A program made the position numbers and the translations under genes. From Eledone cirrhosa (lineage: Eukaryota), in contig OZ024749.1 of NCBI GenBank assembly GCA_964016885.1, forward strand, positions 14,446,001-14,510,000: a stretch of DNA of 64,000 nucleotides, given 5' to 3'. Positions 18,001-36,000 of the stretch are shown one piece after another; position 1 is the stretch's first letter, and each line of letters opens with the position of its first letter. The notes beneath the pieces are model-generated. The model ran no database searches. It saw only the letters and a list, made by a program, of their open reading frames with translations, and was not told the origin of the DNA.

Positions 18001-21000
18001 TATATGGCACAGGTGTGCCACACATACTATATGGCACATGTCTTCCACACATACTATATGGCACAGGTGTGCCACACATACTATATGGCACAGGTCTTCC
18101 ACACATACTATATGGCACAGGTCTGCCACACATACTATATGGCACAGGTTTGCCACACATACTATATGGCACAGGACTCCCACACATACTATATGGCACA
18201 GGTCTGTCACACATACTATATGGCACAGGTCTTCCACACATACTATATGGCACAGGTCTTCCACACATACTATATGGCACATGTGTGCCACACATACTAT
18301 ATGGCACAGGTCTTCCACACATACTATATGGCACAGGACTTCCACACATACTATATGGCACAGTTCTTCCACACATACTATATGGCACAGGTGTGTCACA
18401 CATACTATATGGCACAGGTGTGTCACACATACTATATGGCACAGGTGTGCCACACATACTATATGGCACAGGTCTCTCACACATACTATATGGCACAGGT
18501 GTGCCACACATACTATATGGCACAGGTCTCCCACACATACTATATGGCACAGGTCTCCCACACATACTATATGGCACAGGTCTGTCACACATACTATATG
18601 GCACAGGTCTGACACACATACTATATGGCACAGGTCTTCCACACATACTATATGGCACAGGTCTCCCACACATAGTATATGGCACAGGTCTTCAACACAT
18701 AGTATATGGCACAGGTCTTCCACACATACTATATGGCACAGGTCTGTCACACATAGTATATGGCACAGGTCTTCCACACATAGTATATGGCACAGGTCTT
18801 CCACACATACTATATGGCACAGGTGTGTCACACATACTATATGGCACAGGTCTCCCACACATACTATATTGCACAGGTGTTCCACACATACTATATGGCA
18901 CAGGTCTTCCACACATACTATATGGCACAGGTCTTCCACACATACTATATGGCACCGGTCTTCCACACTTACTATATGGCACAGGTGTACCACACTTACT
19001 ATATGGCACAGGTGTACCACACATACTATATGGCACAGGTCTTCCACACATACTATATGGCACAGGTGTACCACACATACTATATGGCACAGGTCTTCCA
19101 CACATACTATATGGCACAGGTGTACCACACATACTATATGGCACAGGTCTCCCACACATACTATATGGCACAGGTCATCCACACATACTATATGGCACAG
19201 GTGTACCACACATACTATATGGCACAGGTCTTCCACACATACTATATGGCACAGGTCTTCCACACATACTATATGGCACAGGTCTTCCACACATACTATA
19301 TGGCACAGGTCTGCCACACATACTATATGGCACAGGTCTTCCACACATACTATATGGCACAGGTCTTCCACATATACTATATGGCACAGGTGTCCCACAC
19401 ATACTATGTGGTACAGGTCTTCCACACATACTATATGGCACAGGTGTCCCACACATACTATATGGCACAGGTCTCCCACACATACTATGTGGCACAGGTC
19501 TTCCACATATACTATATGGCACAGGTGTCCCACACATCCTATATGGCACAGGTCTTCCACACATACTATATGGCACGGGTCTCCCACACATACTATATGG
19601 CACAGGTCTTCCACACATACTATATGGCACAGGTCTGCCACACATACTATGTGGCACAGGTCTGTCACACATACTATATGGCACAGGTCTTCCACACATA
19701 CTATATGGCACATGTGTTCCACATATACTATATGGCACAGGTCTCCAACACATACTATATGGCACAGGTCTTCCACACATACTATATGGCACATGTGTTC
19801 CACATATACTATATGGCACAGGTCTGCCACACATACTATGTGGCACAGGTCTGTCACACATACTATATGGCACAGGTCTTCCACACATACTATATGGCAC
19901 ATGTGTTCCACACATACTATATGGCACAGGTCTGCCACACATACTATATGGCACAGGTCTTCCACACATACTATATGGCACAGGTGTGCCACACATACTA
20001 TATGCCACAGGTCTTCCACACATACTCTATGGCACAGGTCTGCCACATATACTATATGGCACAGGTCTTCCACACATACTATATGGCAAGGTCTTCCACA
20101 CATACTATATGGCACATGTCTTCCACACATACTATATGGCACAGGTGTGCCACACATACTATATGGCACAGGTGTACCACATATACTATATGGCACAGGT
20201 GTACCACACATACTATATGGCACAGGAGTGCCACACATAATATATGGCACAGGTCTGCCACACATACTATATGGCACAGGTGTGCCACACATACTATATG
20301 GCACATGTCTTCCACACATACTATATGGCACAGGTGCTCCACACATACTATATGGCACAGGTCTGCCACACATACTATATGGCACATGTGTGCCACACAT
20401 ACTATATGGCACAGGTCTTCCACACATACTATATGGCACAGTTCTTCCACACATACTGTATGGCACAGGTGTGTCACACATACTATATGGCACAGGTGTG
20501 TCACACATACTATATGGCAGAGGTGTGCCACACATACTATATGGCACAGGTCTTCCACACATACTATATGGCACAGGTCTACCACACATACTATATGGCA
20601 CAGTTCTTCCACACATACTATATGGCACAGGTGTGTCACACATACTATATGGCACAGGTGTGGCACACATACTATATGGCACAGGTCTTCCACACATACT
20701 TTATGGCACAGGTCTCCCACACATACTATATGGCACAGGTCTTCCACACATAGTATATGGCACAGGTCTTCCACACATAGTATATGGCACAGGTCTTCCA
20801 CCCATACTATATGGCACATGTGTACCACACATACTATATGGCACAGGTCTTCCACACATACTATATGGCAAAGGTGTGTCACACATACTATATGGCACAG
20901 GTCTGCCACACATACTATATGGCACAGGTGTGCCACACATACTATATGGCACAGGTCTTCCACACATACTATATGGCACAGGTCTTCCACACATACTATA

Positions 21001-24000
21001 TGGCACAGGTCTCCCACACATACTATATGGCACAGGTCTTCCACACATACTATGTGGCACAGGTCTTCCACATATACTATATGGCACAGGTGTCCCACAC
21101 ATACTATATGGCACAGGTCTTCCACACATACTATATGGCACAGGTCTGCCACACATACTATATGGCACAGGTCTTCCACACATACTATGTGGCACAGGTC
21201 TTCCACATATACTATATGGCACAGGTGTCCCACACATACTATGTGGCACAGGTCTTCCACACATACTATATGGCACAGGTGTCCCACACATGCTATATGG
21301 CACAGGTCTTCCACACATACTATGTGGCACAGGCCTTCCACATATACTATATGGCACAGGTGTCCCACACATACTATGTGGCACAGGTCTTCCACACATA
21401 CTATATGGCACAGGTGTCCCACACATACTATATGGCACAGGTCTTCCACACATACTATATGGCACATGTCTTCCACACATACTATATGGCACAGGTCTTC
21501 CACATATACTATATGGCACAGGTCTTCCACACATACTATATGGCACAGGTCTGCCACACATACTATGTGGCACAGGTCTGTCACACATACTATATGGCAC
21601 AGGTCTTCCATACATACTATATGGCACAGGTCTGCCACACATACTATATGGCACAGGTCATCCACACATACTATATGGCACAGGTGTGCCACACATACTA
21701 TATGGCACAGGTCTTCCACACATACTATATGGCACAGGTCTTCCACACATACTATATGGCACAGGTCTGCCACACATACTATATGGCACAGGTTTTCCAC
21801 ACATACTATATGGCACAGGTCTTCCACACATACTATATGGCACAGGTCTGCCACACATACTATATGGCACAGGTCTGTCACACATACTATATGGCACAGG
21901 TCTGTCACACATACTATATGGCACAGGCCTTCCACACATACTATATGGCACAGGTCTATCACACATACTATATGGCACAGGTCTGCCACACATACTATAT
22001 GGCACAGGTCTTCCACACATACTATATGGCACAGGTCTTCCACACATACTATATGGCACAGGTCTGTCACACATACTATATGGCACAGGTCTTCCACACA
22101 TACTATATGGCACAGGTCTTCCACACATACTATATGGCACATGTCTGCCACACATACTATATGGCACAGGTCTTCCACACATACTATATGGCACAGGTGT
22201 GTCACACATACTATATGGCACAGGTCTGCCACACTTACTATATGGCAAAGGTGTGTCACACATACTATATGGCACAGGTCTGTCACACATACTATATGGC
22301 ACAGGTCTTCCACACATACTATATGGGACAGGTCTGCCACACATACTATATGGCACAGGTCTGCCACACATACTATATGGCACAGGTCTGCCACACATAC
22401 TATATGGCACAGGTCTGCCACACATACTATATGGCACAGGTCTTCCACACATACTATATGGCACAGGTCTTCCACACATACTATATGGCACAGGTCTTCC
22501 ACACATACTATATGGCACAGGTCTGTCACACATACTATATGGCACAGGTCTTCCACACATACTATATGGCACAGGTCTTCCACACATACTATATGGCACA
22601 GGTCTTCCACACATACTATATGGCACAGGTGTGCCACACATACAATATGGCACAGGTCTTCCACACATACTATATGGCACTGGTGTGCCACACATACTAT
22701 ATGGCACAGTCTCCCACACATACTATATGGCACAGGTCTGCCACACATACTATATGGCACAGGTCTTCCACACATACTATATGGCACAGGTGTGCCACAC
22801 ATACTATATGGCACAGGTCTTCCACACATACTATATGGCACAGGTCTTCCAGATATACTATATGGCACAGGTCTTCCACACATACTATATGGCAAGGTCT
22901 TCCACACATACTATATGGCACATGTCTTCCACACATACTATATGGCACAGGTGTGCCACACATACTATATGGCACAGGTGTACCACATATACTATATGGC
23001 ACAGGTGTACCACACATACTATATGGCACAGGAGTGCCACACATAATATATGGCACAGGTCTGTCACACATACTATATGGCACAGGTCTGTCACACATAC
23101 TATATGGCACAGGTCTGCCACACATACTATATGGCACAGGCCTTCCACACATACTATATGGCACAGGTCTATCACACATACTATATGGCACAGGTCTGCC
23201 ACACATACTATATGGCACAGGTCTTCCACACATACTATATGGCACAGGTCTTCCACACATACTATATGGCACAGGTCTGTCACACATACTATATGGCACA
23301 GGTCTTCCACACATACTATATGGCACAGGTCTTCCACACATACTATATGGCACAGGTCTGCCACACATACTATATGGCACAGGTCTTCCACACATACTAT
23401 ATGGCACAGCTGTGTCACACATACTATATGGCACAGGTCTGCCACACATACTATATGGCACAGGTGTGTCACACATACTATATGGCACAGGTCTTCCACA
23501 CATGCTATATGGCACAGGTCTGTCACACATACTATATGGCACAGGTCTGTCACACATACTATATGGCACAGGTCTGCCACACATACTATATGGCACAGGT
23601 CTGTCACACATACTATATGGCACAGGTCTTCCACACATACTATATGGCACAGGTCTGCCACACATACTATATGGCACAGATGTGCCACACATACTATATG
23701 GCACAGGTCTGTCACACATACTATATGGCACAGGTCTTCCACACATACTATATGGGACAGGTCTGCCACACATACTATATGGCACAGGTCTGCCACACAT
23801 ACTATATGGCACAGGTCTCCCACACATACTATATGGCACAGGTCTTCCACACATACTATATGGCACAGGTGTGCCACACATACTATATGGCACAGTCTCC
23901 CACACATACTATATGGCACAGGTCTGCCACACATACTATATGGCACAGGTCTTCCACACAATACTATATGGCACAGGTGTGCCACACATACTATATGGCA

Positions 24001-27000
24001 CAGGTCTTCCACACATACTATATGGCACAGGTCTTCCAGATATACTATATGGCACAGGTCTTCCACACATACTATATGGCAAGGTCTTCCACACATACTA
24101 TATGGCACATGTCTTCCACACATACTATATGGCACAGGTGTGCCACACATACTATATGGCACAGGTGTACCACATATACTATATGGCACAGGTGTACCAC
24201 ACATACTATATGGCACAGGAGTGCCACACATAATATATGGCACAGGTCTGCCACACATACTATATGGCACAGGTGTGCCACACATACTATATGGCACATG
24301 TCTTCCACACATACTATATGGCACAGGTGTTCCACACATACTATATGGCACAGGTCTGCCACACATACTATATGGCACAGGTCTGCCACACATACTATAT
24401 GGCACAGGTCTGCCACACATACTATATGGCACAGGTCTGCCACACATACTATATGGCACAGGTCTGCCACACATACTATATGGCACAGGTCTTCCACACA
24501 TACTATATGGCACAGGTCTTCCACACATACTATATGGCACATGTGTGCCACACATACTATATGGCACAGGTCTTCCACACATACTATATGGCACAGGTCT
24601 TCCACACATACTATATGGCACAGTTCTTCCACACATACTATATGGCACAGGTGTGTCACACATACTATATGGCACAGGTGTGTCACACATACTATATGGC
24701 AGAGGTGTGCCACAGATACTATATGGCACAGGTCTGTCACACATACTATATGGCACAGGTCTGCCACACATACTATATGGCACAGGTCTTCCACACATAC
24801 TTTATGGCACAGGTCTCCCACACATACTATATGGCACAGGTCTTCCACACATAGTATATGGCACAGGTCTTCCACACATAGTATATGGCACAGGTCTTCC
24901 ACACATAATATATGGCACAGGTGTACCACACATACTATATGGCACAGGTCTTCCACACATACTATATGGCACAGGTGTGTCACACATACTATATGGCACA
25001 GGTCTGCCACACATACTATATGGCACAGGTGTGCCACACATACTATATGGCACAGGTCTTCCACACATACTATATGGCACAGGTCTTCCACACATACTAT
25101 ATGGCACAGGTCTCCCACACATACTATATGGCACAGGTCTTCCACACATACTATGTGGCACAGGTCTTCCACATATACTATATGGCACAGGTGTCCCACA
25201 CATACTATATGGCACAGGTCTTCCACACATACTATATGGCACAGGTCTTCCACACATACTATATGGCACAGGTCTTCCACACATACTATGTGGCACAGGT
25301 CTTCCACATATACTATATGGCACAGGTGTCCCACACATACTATGTGGCACAGGTCTTCCACACATACTATATGGCACAGGTGTCCCACACATACTATATG
25401 GCACAGGTCTTCCACACATACTATGTGGCACAGGTCTTCCACATATACTATATGGCACAGGTGTCCCACACATACTATATGGCACAGGTCTCCCACACAT
25501 ACAAATATGGCACAGGTCTCCCACACATACTATATGGCACAGGTCTTCCACACATACTATGTGGCACAGGCCTTCCACATATACTATATGGCACAGGTGT
25601 CCCACACATACTATGTGGCACAGGTCTTCCACACATACTATATGGCACAGGTGTCCCAGACATACTATATGGCACAGGTCTTCCACACATACTATATGGC
25701 ACATGTCTTCCACACATACTATATGGCACAGGTCTTCCACAGATACTATATGGCACAGGTCTTCCACACATACTATATGGCACAGGTCTTCCACACATAC
25801 TATGTGGCACAGGTCTGTCACACATACTATATGGCACAGGTCTTCCATACATACTATATGGCACAGGTCTTCCACACATACTATATGGCACAGGTCATCC
25901 ACACATACTATATGGCACAGGTCTTCCACACATACTATATGGCACAGGTCTTCCACACATACTATATGGCACAGGTCTTCCACACATACTATATGGCACA
26001 GGTCTGCCACACATACTATATGGCACAGGTTTTCCACACATACTATATGGCACAGGTCTCCCACACATACTATATGGCACAGGTTTTCCACACATACTAT
26101 ATGGCACAGGTCTGCCACACATACTATATGGCACAGGTCTGTCACACATACTATATGGCACAGGCCTTCCACACATACTATATGGCACAGGTCTTTCACA
26201 CATACTATATGGCACAGGTCTGCCACACATACTATATGGCACAGGTCTTCCACACATACTATATGGCACAGGTCTTCCACACATACTATATGGCACAGGT
26301 CTGCCACACATACTATATGGCACAGGTCTTCCACACATACTATATGGCACAGGTGTGCCACACATACTATATGGCACATGTCTTCCACACATACTATATG
26401 GCACATGTCTTCCACACATACTATATGGCACAGGTCTGTCACACATACTATATGGCACAGGTTCTCCACACATACTATATGGCACAGGTCCTCCACACAT
26501 ACTATATGGCACAGGTCTTCCACACATACTATATGGCACAGGTCTGTCACACATACTATATGGCACAGGTCTTCCACACATACTATATGGCACAGGTCTT
26601 CCACACATACTATATGGCACAGGTCTGCCACACATACTATATGGCACAGGTCTTCCACACATACTATATGGCACAGGTGTGTCACACATACTATATGGCA
26701 CAGGTCTGCCACACATACTATATGGCACAGGTGTGTCACACATACTATATGGCACAGGTCTTCCACACATACTATATGGCACAGGTCTGTCACACATACT
26801 ATATGGCACAGGTCTGCCACACATACTATATGGCACAGGTCTGCCACACATACTATATGGCACAGGTCTGTCACACATACTATATGGCACAGGTCTTCCA
26901 CACATACTATATGGCACAGGTCTGCCACACATACTATATGGCACAGATGTGCCACACATACTATATGGCACAGGTCTGTCACACATACTATATGGCACAG

Positions 27001-30000
27001 GTCTGCCACACTTACTATATGGGACAGGTCTGCCACACATACTATATGGCACAGGTCTCCCACACATACTATATGGCACAGGTCTCCCACACATACTATA
27101 TGGCACAGGTCTGCCACACATACTATATGGCACAGGTCTTCCACACATACTATATGGCACAGGTCTTCCACACATACTATATGGCACAGGTCTTCCACAC
27201 ATACTATATGGGACAGGTCTGTAACACATACTATATGGCACAGGTCTGCCACACATACTATATGGCACAGGTCTTCCACACATACTATATGGCACAGGTC
27301 TGCCACACATACTATATGGCACAGGTGTGCCACACATACTATATGGCACGTGTCTGCCACACATACTATATGGCACAGGTCTTCCACACATACTATATGG
27401 CACAGGTCTGCCACACATACTATATGGCACAAGTGTACCACACATACTATATGGCACAGGTGTGCCACATATACTATATGGCACATGTCTCCCACACATA
27501 CTATATGGCACAGGTCTTCCACACATACTATATGGCACATGTGTGCCACACATACTATATGGCACAGGTCTTCCACACATACTATATGGCACAGGTCTTC
27601 CACACATACTATATGGCACATGTCTTCCACACATACTATATGGCACAGGTCTTCCACATATACTATATGGCACAGGTCTTCCACACATACTATATGGCAC
27701 AGGTCTTCCACACATACTATGTGGCACAGGTCTGTCACACATACTATATGGCACAGGTCTTCCATACATACTATATGGCACAGGTCTGCCACACATACTA
27801 TATGGCACAGGTCATCCACACATACTATATGGCACAGGTCTTCCACACATACTATATGGCACATGTCTTCCACACATACTATATGGCACAGGTCTTCCAC
27901 ATATACTATATGGCACAGGTCTTCCACACATACTATATGGCACAGGTCTGACACACATACTATGTGGCACAGGTCTGTCACACATACTATATGGCACAGG
28001 TCTTCCATACATACTATATGGCACGGGTCTGCCACACATACTATATGGCACAGGTCATCCACACATACTATATGGCACAGGTCTTCCACACATACTATAT
28101 GGCACAGGTCTTCCACACATACTATATGGCACAGGTCTTCCACACATACTATATGGCACAGGTCTGCCACACATACTATATGGCACAGGTTTTCCACACA
28201 TACTATATGGCACAGGTCTGCCACACATACTATATGGCACAGGTCTGTCACATACTATATGGCACAGGTCTTCCACACATACTATATGGCACAGGTCTGC
28301 CACACATACTATATGGCACAGGTCTGCCACACATACTATGTGGCACAGGTCTGTCACACATACTATATGGCACAGGTCTTCCATACATACTATATGGCAC
28401 AGGTCTGCCACACATACTATATGGCACAGGTCATCCACACATACTATATGGCACAGGTCTTCCACACATACTATATGGCACAGGTCGTCCACACATACTA
28501 TATGGCACAGGTCTTCCACACATACTATATGGCACAGGTCTGCCACACATACTATATGGCACAGGTCTTCCACACATACTATATGGCACAGGTCTTCCAC
28601 ACATACTATATGGCACAGGTCTGTCACACATACTATATGGCACAGGTCTTCCACACATACTATATGGCACAGGTCTGCCACACATACTATATGGCACAGA
28701 TGTGCCACACATACTATATGGCACAGGTCTGTCACACATACTATATGGCACAGGTCTGTCACACATACTATATGGCACAGGTCTTCCACACATACTATAT
28801 GGCACAGGTCTCCCACACATACTATATGGCACAGGTCTGCCACACATACTATATGGCACAGGTCTGTCACACATACTATATGGCACAGGTCTGTCACACA
28901 TACTATATGGCACAGGCCTTCCACACATACTATATGGCACAGGTCTATCACACATACTATATGGCACAGGTCTGCCACACATACTATATGGCACAGGTCT
29001 TCCACACATACTATATGGCACAGGTCTTCCACACATACTATATGGCACAGGTCTGCCACACATACTATATGGCACAGGTCTCCCAAACATACTATATGGC
29101 ACAGGTGTGCCACACATACTATATGGCACATGTCTTCCACACATACTATATGGCACATGTCTTCCACACATACTATATGGCACAGGTCTGTCACACATAC
29201 TATATGGCACAGGTTCTCCACACATACTATATGGCACAGGTCTTCCAGACATGCTATATGGCACAGGTCTTCCACACATACTATATGGCACAGGTCTGTC
29301 ACACATACTATATGGCACAGGTCTTCCACATATACTATATGGCACAGGTGTCCCACACATACTATATGGCACAGGTCTTCCACACATACAAATATGGCAC
29401 AGGTCTCCCACACATACTATATGGCACAGGTCTTCCACACATACTATGTGGCACAGGCCTTCCACATATACTATATGGCACAGGTGTCCCACACATACTA
29501 TGTGGCACAGGTCTTCCACACATACTATATGGCACAGGTGTCCTACACATACTATATGGCACAGGTCTTCCACACATACTATATGGCACATGTCTTCCAC
29601 ACATTCTATATGTCACAGGTCTTCCACAGATACTATATGGCACAGGTCTTCCACACATACTATATGGCACAGGTCTGCCACACATACTATGTGGCACAGG
29701 TCTGTCACACATACTATATGGCACAGGTCTTCCATACATACTATATGGCACAGGTCTTCCACACATACTATATGGCACAGGTCATCCACACATACTATAT
29801 GGCACAGGTCTTCCACACATACTATATGGCACAGGTCTTCCACACATACTATATGGCACAGGTCTTCCACACATACTATATGGCACAGGTCTGCCACACA
29901 TACTATATGGCACAGGTTTTCCACACATACTATATGGCACAGGTCTGCCACACATACTATATGGCACAGGTCTTCCACACATACTATATGGCACAGGTCT

Positions 30001-33000
30001 TCCACACATACTATATGGCACAGGTCTTCCACACATACTATATGGCACAGGTGTGTCACACATACTATATGGCACAGGTCTGCCACACATACTATATGGC
30101 ACAGGTCTTCCACACATACTATATGGCACAGGTCTGCCACACATACTATATGGCACAGGTCTGTCACACATACTATATGGCACAGGTCTGTCACACATAC
30201 TATATGGCACAGGCCTTCCACACATACTATATGGCACAGGTCTTTCACACATACTATATGGCACAGGTCTGCCACACATACTATATGGCACAGGTCTTCC
30301 ACACATACTATATGGCACAGGTCTTCCACACATACTATATGGCACAGGTCTGCCACACATACTATATGGCACAGGTCTCCCACACATACTATATGGCACA
30401 GGTGTGCCACACATACTATATGGCACATGTCTTCCACACATACTATATGGCACATGTCTTCCACACATACTATATGGCACAGATCTGTCACACATACTAT
30501 ATGGCACAGGTTCTCCACACATACTATATGGCACAGGTCCTCCACACATACTATATGGCACAGGTCTTCCACACATACTATATGGCACAGGTCTGTCACA
30601 CATACTATATGGCACAGGTCTTCCACACATACTATATGGCACAGGTCTTCCACACATACTATATGGCACAGGTCTTCCACACATACTATATGGCACAGGT
30701 GTGTCACACATACTATATGGCACAGGTCTGCCACACATACTATATGGCACAGGTGTGTCACACATACTATATGGCACAGGTCTTCCACACATACTATATG
30801 GCACAGGTCTGTCACACATACTATATGGCACAGGTCTGCCACACATACTATATGGCACAGGTCTGCCACACATACTATATGGCACAGGTCTGTCACACAT
30901 ACTATATGGCACAGGTGTTCCACACATACTATATGGCACAGGTCTGCCACACATACTATATGGCACAGATGTGGCACACATACCATATGGCACAGGTCTG
31001 TCACACATACTATATGGCACAGGTCTGCCACACATACTATATGGGACAGGTCTGCCACACATACTATATGGCACAGGTCTGCCACACATACTATATGGCA
31101 CAGGTCTCCCACACATACTATATGGCACAGGTCTTCCACACATACTATATGGCACAGGTCTGCCACACATACTATATGGCACAGGTGTGCCACACATACT
31201 ATATGGCACATGTGTGCCACACATACTATATGGCACAGGTCTTCCACACATACTATATGGCACAGGTCTGCCACACCTACTATATGGCACAGGTCTCCCA
31301 CACATACTATATGGCACAGGTCTGCCACACATACTATATGGCACAGGTCTTCCACACATACTATATGGCACATGTGTGCCACTCATACTATATGGCACAG
31401 GTCTTCCACACATACTATATGGCACATGTCACCCACACATACTATATGGCACATGTGTCCCACACATACTGTATGGCACAGGTGTGCCACATATACTATA
31501 TGGCACATGTCTCCCACACATACTATATGGCACAGGTCTTCCACACATACTATATGGGACAGGTCTGCCACACATACTATATGGCACAGGTCTGCCACAC
31601 ATACTATATGGCACAGGTCTCCCACACATACTATATGGCACAGGTCTTCCACACATACTATATGGCACAGGTCTGCCACACATACTATATGGCACAGGTG
31701 TGCCACACATACTATATGGCACATGTGTGCCACACATACTATATGGCACAGGTCTTCCACACATACTATATGGCACAGGTCTGCCACACCTACTATATGG
31801 CACAGGTCTCCCACACATACTATATGGCACAGGTCTGCCACACATACTATATGGCACAGGTCTTCCACACATACTATATGGCACATGTGTGCCACTCATA
31901 CTATATGGCACAGGTCTTCCACACATACTATATGCCACATGTCACCCACACATACTATATGGCACATGTGTCCCACACATACTGTATGGCACAGGTGTGC
32001 CACATATACTATATGGCACATGTCTCCCACACATACTATATGGCACAGGTCTGCCACACATACTATATGGCACAGATGTGCCACACATACTATATGGCAC
32101 AGGTCTGTCACACATACTATATGGCACAGGTCTGTCACACATACTATATGGCACAGGTCTTCCACACATACTATATGGCACAGGTCTCCCACACATACTA
32201 TATGGCACAGGTCTGCCACACATACTATATGGCACAGGTCTGTCACACATACTATATGGCACAGGTCTGTCACACATACTATATGGCACAGGCCTTCCAC
32301 ACATACTATATGGCACAGGTCTATCACACATACTATATGGCACAGGTCTGCCACACATACTATATGGCACAGGTCTTCCACACATACTATATGGCACAGG
32401 TCTTCCACACATACTATATGGCACAGGTCTGCCACACATACTATATGGCACAGGTCTCCCAAACATACTATATGGCACAGGTGTGCCACACATACTATAT
32501 GGCACATGTCTTCCACACATACTATATGGCACATGTCTTCCACACATACTATATGGCACAGGTCTGTCACACATACTATATGGCACAGGTTCTCCACACA
32601 TACTATATGGCACAGGTCTTCCAGACATGCTATATGGCACAGGTCTTCCACACATACTATATGGCACAGGTCTGTCACACATACTATATGGCACAGGTCT
32701 TCCACATATACTATATGGCACAGGTGTCCCACACATACTATATGGCACAGGTCTTCCACACATACAAATATGGCACAGGTCTCCCACACATACTATATGG
32801 CACAGGTCTTCCACACATACTATGTGGCACAGGCCTTCCACATATACTATATGGCACAGGTGTCCCACACATACTATGTGGCACAGGTCTTCCACACATA
32901 CTATATGGCACAGGTGTCCTACACATACTATATGGCACAGGTCTTCCACACATACTATATGGCACATGTCTTCCACACATTCTATATGTCACAGGTCTTC

Positions 33001-36000
33001 CACAGATACTATATGGCACAGGTCTTCCACACATACTATATGGCACAGGTCTGCCACACATACTATGTGGCACAGGTCTGTCACACATACTATATGGCAC
33101 AGGTCTTCCATACATACTATATGGCACAGGTCTTCCACACATACTATATGGCACAGGTCATCCACACATACTATATGGCACAGGTCTTCCACACATACTA
33201 TATGGCACAGGTCTTCCACACATACTATATGGCACAGGTCTTCCACACATACTATATGGCACAGGTCTGCCACACATACTATATGGCACAGGTTTTCCAC
33301 ACATACTATATGGCACAGGTCTGCCACACATACTATATGGCACAGGTCTTCCACACATACTATATGGCACAGGTCTTCCACACATACTATATGGCACAGG
33401 TCTTCCACACATACTATATGGCACAGGTGTGTCACACATACTATATGGCACAGGTCTGCCACACATACTATATGGCACAGGTCTTCCACACATACTATAT
33501 GGCACAGGTCTGCCACACATACTATATGGCACAGGTCTGTCACACATACTATATGGCACAGGTCTGTCACACATACTATATGGCACAGGCCTTCCACACA
33601 TACTATATGGCACAGGTCTTTCACACATACTATATGGCACAGGTCTGCCACACATACTATATGGCACAGGTCTTCCACACATACTATATGGCACAGGTCT
33701 TCCACACATACTATATGGCACAGGTCTGCCACACATACTATATGGCACAGGTCTCCCACACATACTATATGGCACAGGTGTGCCACACATACTATATGGC
33801 ACATGTCTTCCACACATACTATATGGCACATGTCTTCCACACATACTATATGGCACAGATCTGTCACACATACTATATGGCACAGGTTCTCCACACATAC
33901 TATATGGCACAGGTCCTCCACACATACTATATGGGACAGGTCTTCCACACATACTATATGGCACAGGTCTGTCACACATACTATATGGCACAGGTCTTCC
34001 ACACATACTATATGGCACAGGTCTTCCACACATACTATATGGCACAGGTCTTCCACACATACTATATGGCACAGGTGTGTCACACATACTATATGGCACA
34101 GGTCTGCCACACATACTATATGGCACAGGTGTGTCACACATACTATATGGCACAGGTCTTCCACACATACTATATGGCACAGGTCTGTCACACATACTAT
34201 ATGGCACAGGTCTGCCACACATACTATATGGCACAGGTCTGCCACACATACTATATGGCACAGGTCTGTCACACATACTATATGGCACAGGTGTTCCACA
34301 CATACTATATGGCACAGGTCTGCCACACATACTATATGGCACAGATGTGGCACACATACTATATGGCACAGGTCTGTCACACATACTATATGGCACAGGT
34401 CTGCCACACATACTATATGGGACAGGTCTGCCACACATACTATATGGCACAGGTCTGCCACACATACTATATGGCACAGGTCTCCCACACATACTATATG
34501 GCACAGGTCTTCCACACATACTATATGGCACAGGTCTGCCACACATACTATATGGCACAGGTGTGCCACACATACTATATGGCACATGTGTGCCACACAT
34601 ACTATATGGCACAGGTCTTCCACACATACTATATGGCACAGGTCTGCCACACCTACTATATGGCACAGGTCTCCCACACATACTATATGGCACAGGTCTG
34701 CCACACATACTATATGGCACAGGTCTTCCACACATACTATATGGCACATGTGTGCCACTCATACTATATGGCACAGGTCTTCCACACATACTATATGGCA
34801 CATGTCACCCACACATACTATATGGCACATGTGTCCCACACATACTGTATGGCACAGGTGTGCCACATATACTATATGGCACATGTCTCCCACACATACT
34901 ATATGGCACAGGTCTTCCACACATACTATATGGCACATGTGTGCCACACATACTATATGGCACAGGTCTTCCACACATACTATATGGCACATGTCTCCCA
35001 CACATACTATATGGCACATGTGTCCCACACATACTGTATGGCACAGGTGTACCACACATACTATATGGCACAGGTCTCCCACACATTCTATATGGCACAG
35101 GTCTTCCACACATACTATATGGCACAGGTCTGCCACACATACTATATGGCACAGGTGTGCCACACATACTATATGGCACATGTGTGCCACACATACTATA
35201 TGACACAAGTCTCCCACACATACTATATGGCACAGGTCTGTCACACTTACTATATGGCACAGGTCTTCCACACATACTATATGGCACAGGTCTTCCACAC
35301 ATACTATATGGCACATGTGTGCCACACATACTATATGGCACAGGTCTTCCACACATACTATATGGCACAGGTCTACCACACATACTATATGGCACATGTG
35401 TGCCACACATACTATATGGCACAGGTCTTCCACACATACTATATGGCACATGTCTCCCACACATACTATATGGCACATGTGTCCCACACATACTGTATGG
35501 CACAGGTGTACCACACATACTATATGGCACAGGTCTCCCACACATACTATATGGCACAGGTCTTCCACACATACTATATGGCACAGGTCTGCCACACATA
35601 CTATATGGCACAGGTGTGCCACACATACTATATGGCACATGTGTGCCACACATACTATATGACACAAGTCTCCCACACATACTATATGGCACAGGTCTGT
35701 CACACTTACTATATGGCACAGGTCTTCCACACATACTATATGGCACAGGTCTTCCACACATACTATATGGCACATGTGTGCCACACATACTATATGGCAC
35801 AGGTCTTCCACACATACTATATGGCACAGGTCTACCACACATACTATATGGCACAGGTCTCCCACACATACTATATGGCACATGTCTCCCACACATACTA
35901 TATGGCACAGGTCCTCCACACATACTATATGGCACAGGTCTTCCACACATACTATATGGCACATGTGTGCCACACATACTATATGGCACAGGTCTTCCAC

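Noticed and set aside
239-35203. 11654-aa ORF and the other giant repetitive ORFs (PHILYGTGL, THTIWHRSS, HTYYMAQVF, PYSMCGRPV, CHIVCVEDL)
   Set aside because: The 27-mer is a multiple of 3 and stop-free in five of six frames. The long ORF changes peptide phase at every indel, which a real repeat protein would not tolerate. It stays open mainly by spending little length in the stop-prone TAC-TAT phase. Only ribosome profiling or proteomics could rescue it.
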